Assembly: GCA_964016885.1 (NCBI GenBank)
Contig: OZ024742.1
Location: 254,572,001 to 254,636,000 of the forward strand
Source of the DNA: Eledone cirrhosa
Lineage: Eukaryota
DNA: 64,000 nt
Direction of reading: 5' to 3'
Program-made: the position numbers and the translations under genes
Notes under the pieces: generated by a model
Told to the model about the DNA's origin: nothing
What the model saw: only the letters and a program-made list of their open reading frames with translations
The model's database searches: none
Shown here: in pieces, positions 27,202 through 39,100 of the stretch
Position numbering within the stretch: position 1 is the stretch's first letter
Layout of the letters: each line of letters begins with the position of its first letter

Positions 27202-28166
27202 CGTGTGTATATATATATATATATATATATATGTATGCGTGTATATATATATATATATATATGTGTGTGGGTATAGTTGTGTATGTGTAGATATAGGTAT
27301 GTATGAATATGTGTGAATATGATTATGTGCACATGTGTAAATGTGTATTTAGGTTTGCATCTATTTGTTCGTATGTATATTTTTGGTTGGATATCAAAAT
27401 CACTGTACCTCTCTGTATATAGTGTGGATATATGCACTTTGTAATCTATGAAATTTATGTGTTTTAATAATGCCAACATGTATTTATCTGAGTTTAATTA
27501 TTTATACATAAACATAGTTGATAATATTTTAGAGTGTATAATATGCTGTATTATACTAAGTGCAATTTACCACACCGTACTATATTGTGTTGGTTATGTT
27601 GTATATTATCGCATTACTGTATTTCATTATATTATTATAATTTTTATATTTTAATATACTATTTTTCCTAGCCATAACCTTAATTTATATTCACCTAAAA
27701 ACTCAATACAACACTAATCACCATTTAATTTTACATTCCTTTTAAACTTCACTATACCAGATACATTCAACTATCAGTTTGAAAATCCCTTTCCTCCTAA
27801 TAGATGTTTATGCCAATTAACACCATTCAACCATTCTTTTCAAAGGGTCATGACGTCAACGAAAGTGTATTACTTTTCCTCTTAACACCATATGAAAAAA
27901 AACAATTTGATTGGTTAGTTCTTCAACTACCTCCACATAAGGACATGATACTAACATACTACTAATTCTGAATAAAATTATTATTGCTTTTGAAAACAGC
28001 TGGTGATATGCATGTAAGTAAATATTCTCTTCATCTGATATTTTGTAACTAACCTTACATAGATCAATAACGGAGTATAGCTACAATGTATTATCATCAC
28101 CTAGAAACGATCGTAAAGCAGTGAAGTATATCTCTAATGACTTGATTTTTTATTTCATTGTTTTAA

Positions 28167-28296
<130 letters not shown>

Positions 28297-28339
28297 TATG
28301 TATGCATGAAATTGAAAATAAATTTTTATGTATTTCTTT

Positions 28340-28378
<39 letters not shown>

Positions 28379-28519
28379 ATGTGTGTCTATGTATGTATGT
28401 ATATATACATCTATGTATATGTGTGCGTGTGTGTGTGTGTGTAGGTGTGTATATGTGTGTGTTTATATATATATGTGTGTATGTGCGTGCGTGTGTACGT
28501 ACTTATGCGTATGTGAGTA

Positions 28520-28557
<38 letters not shown>

Positions 28558-28717
28558 AGTGTGTATATATATATATTTATATATATATTTAAGAGAGCAT
28601 TGAAGTTTGCTTGAAGCATTGTGGAATAATAAGGTAAACTTCTTTAAGTCGTTTGGAAGCCTCGACAATGCATTGTCGATTTTATTTTATAAAAATAAAA
28701 ATAACACCGAACAGCGG

Positions 28718-29487
28718 AGGAGATAATTTTTACAAGTGTGTAACCACACATAGCTAGGTAGGTAACTACATAAAGTTGACCAGAACTTCAAAAATAGATA
28801 CCTTATAATATGATTAAGCTTCCCTCCTATATATTCCATTAAAGAAATATATTTCACTAATTAATCGGATGGTACACCACTAATCTCCTGTGATTATTCA
28901 TGTTTATTTATATGTTAATCAATTTCTAGTTATTATAAAATGCTCGGACCTACTCGTTAGAATCTTAGAGCTTATTTTGCGGGTAATATCGCGCATGTCT
29001 TTCTGGCATGACACCCATAATTTTGATTTGGATTAAATTCATTTGATTTATCTTAATTTTTGATATAGATATATAAATACGGCTCCTTAATTGTAGAGCT
29101 AACTCAGTTGAAAGGACCCGACTGCTGTTTCTAGTTGTCGATAACCCTATTCACGCCACTGCCGTGATGTGTGTATTTCTAGTAGATATAGCACGTATTA
29201 CTGGCCAGTCGCTGATTTGAACTTGAAGTGTAAACACGGATCGCTAGAACTTCTTCCTTGTTGAAAATCTAAGTCTCCACTTCTGTGGTTTACCATCCGA
29301 TTAATTGGTGAAATATATTTCTTTAATGGAATATATACAGGGAAGATTAATCATATTATAAAGTATCTATTTTTGAAGTTCTGGTCAACTTTATGTAGTT
29401 ACCTACCTAGCTATGTATGGTTACACACTTGTAAAAATTATCTCCTGTGATTATTCATGTTTATTTATATGTTAATCAATTTCTAGT

Positions 29488-29494
<7 letters not shown>
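28718..29494. repeat. ~160-bp inverted repeat interlocked with a 55-bp direct repeat
   Basis: Inverted repeat at 28718-28880 and 29285-29446. Direct repeat atctcctgtgattattc...gttattata at 28883-28937 and 29440-29494. Confidence 0.9.
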
Positions 29495-29569
<75 letters not shown>

Positions 29570-29594
29570 TATATATATATAAAATAAATATATA

Positions 29595-29651
<57 letters not shown>

Positions 29652-29680
29652 TATATATATATAATATATATATATATATT

Positions 29681-29711
<31 letters not shown>

Positions 29712-29789
29712 TATATATATATAAAATATATATATATATTTATATATATATATATATATATAACAAATAGTTTTATCACTCTACGTAGC

Positions 29790-30248
29790 TTAATACAAGA
29801 AATGTATTAATAATAATATTCGATTTGTTTGAAATTATGCAAAGAGCTTCTTGTGTTGGCATATAAACACAAAAGTAGACACTAATGTTTTTGGGTGATT
29901 ACTCTTCATCAGTACCGTATAGTGTTTACCTGCGAACTGGCTGATCAATGGGTCTGCTAATATGCAGATCTGACTTATTGGGCAGTCTGCTAATATGCAA
30001 ATCAGACTGATCAGTCAGAGTATATTCCAGAAAATATATATTTTCACTAATTCTAACAGTTGGCAGGGATAGAGTACACAGTATGGGAAATCACCCAGAA
30101 ATATTAAGTGTCTACTGTTCTGTTTATATGCCAACACAAGAGCAAGAATGAGGAGGTTGTTCTATTCACATGGCTTAAGGGGCTGTTTGCATAATTGCAA
30201 AGGAAAAGAATATTACCATTAATATTTGAAAAACTCAGATTTACATTT

Positions 30249-30250
<2 letters not shown>
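29790..30250. repeat. TA-flanked inverted-repeat element with hammerhead-like motif, probably Penelope-derived
   Basis: cttgtgttggcatataaacac...gtagacactaatg is mirrored at 30090-30143. Minus strand 29878-29912 reads ctgatgaagagtaatcacccaaaaacattagtgtc. Confidence 0.6.
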
Positions 30251-30290
<40 letters not shown>

Positions 30291-30856
30291 ACAATATGAC
30301 CCTCCCCAAGTATAACAATATTTGTTTTGACACACGATTTCATATAAAAAACCTCGCAAAACAAATATATATATCGCTTAAAATGAAATGAGAATAAGAA
30401 GAAAGCAAAAACCGTGTGTGGGGGGGGGGGGGTTCCTCATCAGTTGTCTACTGGGGGTCTCGGATATTTCAACGCTTTAAAGATAAGATATCTACTCCCA
30501 GAGCCATCAATAACTGAATAATTGGGTAAGTTATTGGGAAAATGGAGGAAGGAGGGAAGGAAAATAGAAGGGAAAAGGGAAGAAAAGAGAAAACAGTGAA
30601 AAAAACAATAAAAAACAAGCAATTTGCGAGCAACTTAAGGTACGAAAATCCAAGACCACAGCGATAACAGAACTTAAGTTCAAGAGTGTGTGGGCAAACG
30701 AAAAGACACGTCTGACCCCAGCAACTTTAAGTGAGAAAAGGACTGCTAGAAGGTCAGGTGAGGGAAACAATGAGGTGGCTGACAGAGAGAGGATGAGTGA
30801 AAGTGAGAAGGATAAAGGGAGAGGAAGAAAGAGGGGTATATATATATACATACATA

Positions 30857-31349
30857 CATGGTGGGAGGAAGGAAACTTCCTATTTAAAATTGTTAATAAC
30901 TTTATAAATTATGTATCGATTTTCATCAAATATATCTTATTCTGAGCAGTATAGTGGAGGAAGAACACAGTGTTAATATACTACATAGGTACCAACATTG
31001 TCCATAAGTGTTTGTAATCGTTTGGGTATATCATCGACTGACTTAATCAGGATCTAAGGTGGTATGTTGGTGAGTACATAATGAATGCATTTCTCCAATT
31101 GAGTGTTTGGTTTGAACTATAGAATTCTACTTTTTCCCACCCTCAAACAAAAGAAAATTGCTTTTAGCTAGCAATTTATGGGGATCTTGATGATGTAGCC
31201 AACATTTTGGAAATCAGACATCAAGCCACACGTGGCAAATGGTGTATGCAAAATGAGGAGAGTACCCATCTTGCATGAATATGAGGCCATTGATGTCCCG
31301 AGTGGTCACAAGAGTCATAAGTGTAGGGAGTTTCTTTCCACCCACCCTG
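30857..31349. mobile_element. Tc1/mariner-type MITE or internally deleted DNA transposon
   Basis: TIRs catggtgggaggaaggaaacttccta and tagggagtttctttccacccaccctg, with TA on both sides. Confidence 0.7.
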
Positions 31350-31437
31350 TATGTATGTATGTACGTATACCATACTCAATACTTCAAGTAAATTACAAAT
31401 TCCTCCTATATGTATATATATATGTATATATATATAT

Positions 31438-32478
31438 TCAGAAAGTCTTGCAGATCAGTTCTAGAGTAACTCATGATGTTCAGATCGTCTGCATAGCTAA
31501 GATTTGATAGGATTGTACCTCCTATTTGATAGCCAGAGGACCATTCTTCTTTAGTTTGGTAAATAAGTGTAGCTATAACTATACAGAAAAGAAGTGCTGA
31601 TAGTACATCCCCCTGCTTAACTCCCTTCAAGATGTCTATACAGCGTGTAGTGCCCAATACTTCTTTGATATATGCTGTTGAGTTGGTGTATGTTTCTTTC
31701 ACTAGGTTGATGTATTTTTTTATCATTGAGGTCATGTTTAAGAGTTGCCACAAGCTGGGTAGTTTCACGTTGTCAAAAGCTTTTATGAAATCAATGAAGG
31801 TGATGCGCACAGGGTTGTTGAATTTAATTAATTTCTTAATGATTTGTTCAATAGCTAGGGTCTGCTCAATGGTACCTCTTCCAGGTTGATACGCGGCTTG
31901 TGTTTCAGGAAATGATGCGTAAAGGTCTGACTTAACTCGTGCTGCAATGATACTCACGAAAAGTTGCAAACATGACTCAATAAGCTGATAGGACGATAGT
32001 TCCCACAATTTTTGTAGAGTACAACTATCAATGCTTTCTTGAACATGTCTGGGATTTTTCCTGTAGTGATAATACAGTTAAAGAAATGTTGAAGTGCTTT
32101 GATAATTGGTTCACCTCCAGCTTTGGTGAATCATAAGACTTATGACTGGCAAGCGGCTCAGCGACCATATCTGTATCAGTGAGCTGCTCAACATTACCAA
32201 ATTTAGACCAATTACACCAATTGTCAAGTCAAGAGTACACAAATTATACGGTCATATAAAAAGATCAACTCATGGTGTGAGTAAGTTATGCCTGGAAGGA
32301 AGGTTGGTTGGTAAGAGAACCAGAGGCCGGCAGCCAAATTGATGGCTTGACAATGTCAACTCATGGACTGGACTTCATCTTTGCTCTTTGAACTCTGCTG
32401 CTGGTGATCAAACTTTATGGAGAGAGTTATCACATGTTAATGCGCAGTCTGCAACTGGCGGAGTTTAGCGTCACAAGA
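31438..32478. mobile_element. RTE-like LINE with 5' inversion (RT segment on minus, 3' end on plus)
   Basis: ORF 31406-32008(-) has QAAYQPGRGT, FIDFIKAFD, GVKQGD and YADD. ORF 32142-32342(+) has YGHIKR...EGRLVGKRTRGRQ. The junction is at ~32125. Confidence 0.75.
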
Positions 32479-32493
32479 TATATATATATATTT

Positions 32494-32697
32494 ATTTATT
32501 AAAATAACAGATTAAAGTTTACGCAATAAATTGCTGCTTACACCTTTAACGCGATCTTCTGAAACTAAAAATATCAATCTGTGAATGCAGAAGTAAATAT
32601 TTCGAAAAACGTAGAAACCGAAGGAAAACAGGAAGACCTCGTTAAGGGTGGAAGCAGCGATTCTTTGCTTAAACTTTAATCTGTTATTTTAATAAAT
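32494..32697. repeat. Small element with ~66-bp terminal inverted repeats
   Basis: atttattaaaataacagattaaagttta...gatcttc and gaagacc...taaactttaatctgttattttaataaat. Confidence 0.8.
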
Positions 32698-33397
32698 ATT
32701 TGCTCTAGGACTCTTATATATTTATATATTTATATATATTTATCCTTATCGAGCACTCTTTGGATTTTAGTCTTCACATTTATTATTATTACTATATATA
32801 TATATATATGTGTGTGTGTGTATATATATATACACACACACACATATATATATATAGCCATACACGTACTCACACACATGTATGTATGTAAGTGATCACA
32901 ATTTTTTAGGAATTGAATTAGTTCCTTTACCATAAGATTGACTGCAGAAATTAGTCTAATAACAGGACGTATAACCCAGAATGGAAAAGACAGGTATCAC
33001 TACGGATGGGAAATGTACATACACACTTTATTTTCACAATAAATGTGCTAGCCAATTGCACCGACTTGTCCACTCATTTTCTCCAATAAATTTGCAACCT
33101 ATAAGTTTATATGTAAGCAATCATGTGTGGTTAAAAGACAGCAGTGGAAATGTGAAAATTGAAATGAATAAGTAGCATTTGACACATGTGACTACAGGAA
33201 ATAGTCAAATAACAAGGCATATAGGCCCAGGATGAAAACAATTTTGGTAGCAATACATCTGGGATAGCCATTTTTATTTATTTTTTACTTTCTGTTCTGG
33301 GCTTGTACACCATTGTTTGACTATTTTCTGTTGTTAAACATACTATAAAATGTACTAATTCAGTTCAATTTTCTCACACACACATATACATATACAT

Positions 33398-33457
<60 letters not shown>

Positions 33458-33926
33458 AGATAGATAGATAGGCACATACACATATATATATTTATATATG
33501 TATAGACACATACACTCTCTATATATATATATGATATATATACACACACGCATATATATATATGATATATATATACACACACACGCATACATATATATAT
33601 ATATACAAACAAACATCTATATGTACAAACTCACACACATTTGTGTATTTGCATCTAATTTTCACTTTCTTTTAGTAACATATTCATTAATTTTCTTTCT
33701 TGGCATCGATACATGGAATTTATGCCAAGATGGTTCACTGAAGTTTAGCTCTTCTCTCTCACACTCAACATTCTTCTTAAAACTGAATCAGCTGTCCATT
33801 ATACACGATTGGGTTGTGACTAGAAATATTTTGGTGGCATAATTTCTTATGCAGTCTGTCTGATGAAATATGATTGAATTGCAAGAATTAAACAACAACA
33901 AAAAACATTCAAAACTGAATGACGTA

Positions 33927-34025
33927 TCTTCTTCTTCTTCTTCTTCTTCTTCTTCTTCTTCTTCTTCTTCTTCTTCTTCTTCTTCTTCTTCTTCTTCTTC
34001 TTCTTCTTCTTCTTCTTCTTCTTCT
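33927..34025. repeat. (TCT)n microsatellite
   Basis: Directly visible. Confidence 0.95.
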
Positions 34026-34075
34026 CTCTCTCTATCTATCTCTATATATCTATCTATCTATATATATATATATAT

Positions 34076-34241
34076 AACGAAGGAAATGTGGTAAGGAACC
34101 AGATGGACCAAAGTACTCAATACTTAAGGTAGTAGAGTGGGTAATAGGAACAAGTATGACCCCGACGGCAGAGCTCAAGCCGTTTCGACGGCTAATTTTG
34201 GACTCAGTCCAGAATTAGCCGTCGGAGTCATACTTGTTCCT
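34076..34241. mobile_element. Second fold-back element copy in (TA)n
   Basis: Homologous to 4605-4800. Palindrome at 34145-34242 with a deletion between gccgtcg repeats in the right arm. Confidence 0.8.
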
Positions 34242-34244
34242 ATA

Positions 34245-34275
<31 letters not shown>

Positions 34276-34382
34276 AATAATAGATCAGTTAATATTGTCT
34301 AGACAAAATATACATACATATATATATATATATATACAACATAACTATTACTATATGTATATATATATACATACACACACAC

Positions 34383-34446
<64 letters not shown>

Positions 34447-34450
34447 TTAT

Positions 34451-34830
34451 GGCAGCAAATTGGCAGGGATTTTAGAATGTTAGAATCTATTTTGTTGCAG
34501 TGTTTGTTCTGTCTCTCTGCACTTTGAGTTCAAATACTACCGAAGTCAACTTTATCTTTCATCCTTCCAATAAACCACTGGTCAATATAATTGGCTTTCA
34601 CCTCCCCAAATGTCTGGCTTTGTGAGAAATCATTATCAGCATTATTATTAGGCAGTATCGTAGAGGGTCGGACGCCATGCTTTGATGCATAGAGTTACGG
34701 CGCTTGCCATTCTGAGTTCAAATCCCGCCGAGGTTAACTTTGCCTTTCATCCTTACGAGGTCGATAAAATAAAGTACCAGTAATGCACTGGGTAATTGCT
34801 GGCCTTGTGCCAAAAGTAGAAACAATTATT
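34451..34830 (+). mobile_element. Old Meta-domain SINE (34451-34635) followed by a young, slightly 5'-truncated SINE (34651-34830)
   Basis: B boxes gagttcaaat, Meta domains and attatt tails. Confidence 0.85.
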
Positions 34831-34837
34831 ATTATTA

Positions 34838-36010
34838 TTTTGATAGCTCAGTCATTGTTGTTATTAAACCAGAAAATTTGCCCTAATGAACATGAAGTCA
34901 CTACCTGCAGTCTCAGATATTGAGGATGTAACGGAGGGTCTTTGCTGTTCCCAGTAGGCATGCCTTCTGGAGTGTTCTAAAAAGAGGGCTGAGCTAATGT
35001 TCTTTAACCAGCCCTGGAAGCACTTAAGACGATGGGAGTGACCTTCATTTCATAACAGTTCCAAATTCGTTTCAGTTCCCACTTTAAATCCTGGTACCAG
35101 TTCATTTTCTCTTTCTCCTTTTCTTGCACTCTTTTGTCAAGGGGGTAAGCTACATCCACATATAATCAAGCTAGATCTCTTTTCCTTGTCCAATAAAGGC
35201 AGGTCAGGCCTATTGTGTTCTAAGTCTTTGTCTGTTTGCATCCTGAAATACCACAGCAACTTCACTTGATCATTTTCTGTCACTGACTCTGACTTATACT
35301 GATATTATTTCTCAGAATAAGGTAATTTATTCAGTTTACATAAATGTCAGTGAATCACATTTCCTATGATATCATGCCTCCATCCTTTATAGTCAGTCAG
35401 GGCTAGGTGTTTAAACTCAGATATGTTACAGTTTCCTTTCTCACTCTCCACAGATCATACAGCATAGGCTTGCCTCCTCCTTGCCAATATGGTGTTTCAT
35501 CCACTTTGTTCTAAGGGCTTGCTCCTGTGCAACCAGTAGCATTCATTCTGTGGCTTACTTAAGGTCCACTTTTTTAACCAGTTCCATGTCTGCAGATATA
35601 TGAACTCTGTTTTCTTTAAAGAATGTTAAAAGGGCCTTTGCATGAAGATTGTTCTTCCTCTTTGTTGGTACTTCTTTCTTGGACATCCACTGGTCTATTG
35701 TCTCCTCCTTCAATACAACCTTACACATTGGCTCATTACTCTCAGACATATATCGTTGTAGACAGCTCTTCCCCACCTGAACACAGTCCTCTATTCTAAT
35801 TAGACCTCTTCCTACTTCAAATCCCCTTAAGTACAGTCTATCAACATCACCCTTCTTATGAAACATACTCTAGATAGTCATTGATTTCCTTGTCTTCCTT
35901 TCCAGTCTTCTTGCTCATATACATTCCATTTAAGAATTCCCGCACTGTATCCAATGATAGAAACAGCTCAGGAATTCACTGCAGTTAGGACGTTTCTATT
36001 ATTCAGATGT
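34838..36010 (-). mobile_element. Decayed 5'-truncated Dong/R4 copy (older subfamily)
   Basis: MFHKKGDVDRLYLR...GRGLI. The 3' UTR and (TAA)n tail are homologous to the intact copies. Confidence 0.88.
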
Positions 36011-36116
36011 TTTGTATTCAGCTTCCAGTTGTAGGGGTCCTCATCCACATTCTCTCCTTGAGATATACGGCTTATATACATCAGCTTTAGAGTGGAGCTA
36101 TTATTATTATTATTAT

Positions 36117-36170
36117 TGTACTGTATTTTACCCTACATGTCGGCCTGTGTGGGCATTAAATGAAATCATT
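36117..36170 (+). mobile_element. Extremely truncated Tx1-like 3' tail between two (TAT)n tracts
   Basis: catgtcggcctgtgtgggcattaaatgaaatcattatt resembles catgttagcccttctggccaataaagaaaccattatc at 46434-46470. Confidence 0.55.
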
Positions 36171-36189
36171 ATTATTATTATTATTATTA

Positions 36190-39100
36190 TTGTTGTTATT
36201 CCTTGAATCTCAGTCATTGATGTTGGTTAACTGGAAAGTCAGTTGGAATGAATATCAAGCCACTACCTGCAGCCTCAGATATTCAGGACGTATCGGAGGG
36301 TTCTTGCTGTTCCCAGCAAGCATGCCTTTTGAAGCGTTCCAAAAAGCGTGAAGGGGCCGATTTTCTTTAACCATCCCTGGAAACTTTTGGAGATAGTCCC
36401 CAGTGCGCCTATGACAATCGGGATCACTTTGACTTCATGGCAGTTCCAAATCCTTTTCACCTCACACTTTAGGTCCTGGTATCGGTTAATTTTCTCCCTC
36501 TCCTTCTCTTGCACTCTCGTGTCGAATGGGCAGGCCACGTCCACAATCAGACACGATCTTTTTTCTTTGTCCACAACCACCAGGTCAGGTCTATTGTGTT
36601 CCAGTTTCTTGTCCGTCTGTATCCTAAAATCCCACAGCACCTTCACCTGATCGTTCTCCATCACCGCCTCTGGCCTATGCTCATACCATTTCTCAGAATG
36701 TGGTAAATTGTTTACTTTGCACAGGTGCCAGTGGATCACCCTGCCCATCACATCATGTCTCCAGCCCTTATAGTGGGTCTGGGCTAGGTGTTTACACTCG
36801 GACACAATGTGAGCCACAGTCTCCTCTCTGTCTCCACAGATCCTGCACAGTGGGCTAGCCTCCTCCTTGTAAATATGGTGCTTCAACCACTTCGTTTTGA
36901 GGGCCTGCTCCTGCGCAGCCATTAGCATTCCTTCTGTAGCCTTTTTGAGGTCTCCTCTTCTCAACCAGTTCCATGTCTGTGGATATCTAAATTCAGTTTT
37001 CTCAAAGAAGGTACTATGAAGGGATTTTCCCTGAAGGCTGCTCTTTCTCCTTGATGTTATTTCCTCCTTGGACATCCCCTGGCCTTCTGTCCCCTCCTTC
37101 AGTACAGTTCTGAGCATTGGCTCCTTACTATCAGTCACGTATTTGTATAGGTTGTTTTTCTCCATCTGAACACAGTCCTCTATGCTGATAAGACCTCTTC
37201 CACCCTCAGATCTCGTTAGGTAGAGTCTATCGACATCACTCCTCTTGTGGAACATGTTGTAGATAGTCAATAGCTTCCTAGTCTTCCTATCCATTTCTTT
37301 TTGTTCAGCAACATTCCATCTCAGAATTCCAGCACTGTACCTAATAATAGACACAGCTCGGGAATTTACTGCGCTTATGGCATTTCTGCTGTTCAGATGT
37401 GACTTCAATACGCACCTTATTCTCCGAATGTATTCGGTTCTTAACAATTCCTTCATTTTTTTGTTCTTTATGCCATCAGCCTCCAGAACGCCCAAATACT
37501 TGTATCCTTCCTCAGAGTCAATTTCCTTTATCATCTCACCTGTTGGTATCTGGATTCCGTTATTTCTGCTCAACCTACCCCTCCTCATCACAATGACTCC
37601 ACATTTACCAATACCAAACTGCATACATATATCACTGCTGAAAATACGGACAGTGTCAACAAGCACATCCAACTCCTTCTCACTTTTCCCGAAGAGCTTA
37701 AGATCGTCCATGAAGAGGAGGTGATTGATGGTAAGCTCTCCCCTTCCCAACTTGTATCCTGCTCTCACTTTTCGCAGCATAATGGTCAAGGGCATCAGGG
37801 CAAGGACAAACAACAGAGGGGACAGGCTATCTCCCTGGAAGATACCTCTCTTGATCTTCACGCTTCCCAAGGATACTCCAGTTGATGTCAACTCTGTCTC
37901 CCAGGACCCCATACTCCTGCCCAGCAACTGTCTGATGTTCTCTGCCACCTTGAAGATCTCCAGGCTTTTGGTGATCCAAGAATGAGGCACCATGTCAAAT
38001 GCCTTTCTGTAGTCTATCCATCCCATGGCAAGATCAGTGTGTCTCCTCCTGCAATTCCCCATTACCATTTTATCAATAAGTAACTGGTCCTTTGTACCAC
38101 ATGACTTCTTTCGGCATCCTTTCTGTTCGTCCGGTAAGAAGTTGTTTGTGTGGAGGTGATGGTAGATTTCCTCAGACACAATGCTCGTCAACAGTTTCCA
38201 CATTACGGACAGACATGTGATAGGTCTATAGTTGGTAACATCATTACCCTTGATTCGGTCTTTCATTATCAGAACTGTGGTACCTTTTGTCAACCACTCT
38301 GGCACCTCACCCGACACCAAGCAGTCATTGAACATGGCCGTCAGCTTCGGGTGGAGGGATGTTAAATTTTTAATCCAATACCCCTGCACACCATCTGGGC
38401 CTGGCGATTTCCAGTTGGTTAGTTTTTTGGCCTGCCCCTTGAGAGTTTCAACTGTGATACTCAAATCAGTTTGTTGGTGTGCCTGTTCACCGATCTCCCT
38501 CTGTACTGTCTCAATCCACCCTGCCTGGTCATTATGTCTAACATCCTGCTCCCATATTCCTCTCCAGAATATTTTAGTTTGTTCCGCCCCAGGGATCAAG
38601 TCGTTGCCTCTTTCTTTCCCCTCAAGCTGTCCAAACAGCATCTTCTGGTTGTTGTCGAACATGCGGTTCTGTTTATACTGACTGACTCTGTTCTCGTATC
38701 GCCTGATTTTGGCACTCTTTGCTACAATGCGTTGCTTCAGTTCCTCTATGATAATATTTAGCTTTTTCCTCCTAGTGTTGTACTTTATTTCGAGTCTATT
38801 TTTAGTGCCTATGTTTTTTAGTGTCCCATTCAGTAGTGACTCAAGCTTTCCTATGTCATTTCTCATTTCCTTGATTTGACCACTCAGTCGTTTCTTCCAC
38901 CAAGGCTCTGCTCTTTCTTGTCTGTTGTTTCCTCTCGCTTTTATACCAAGTAGTTTCCTCACCGTATTTGCTGTTGTTTTGAGGATATTGTTGCACTGGT
39001 GAAGGCTCCTCGCCTCAAGGTATGGGATGACTTTGTTTACCTTAGCTGTTGTTTCTTTTAACTTTTTCCTGTCTACAAATCTTAGGTTCATACGTTTCCC

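Noticed and set aside
33690-33890. Unique-looking segment with a possible splice acceptor on the minus strand
   Set aside because: No sustained ORF or recognisable protein.
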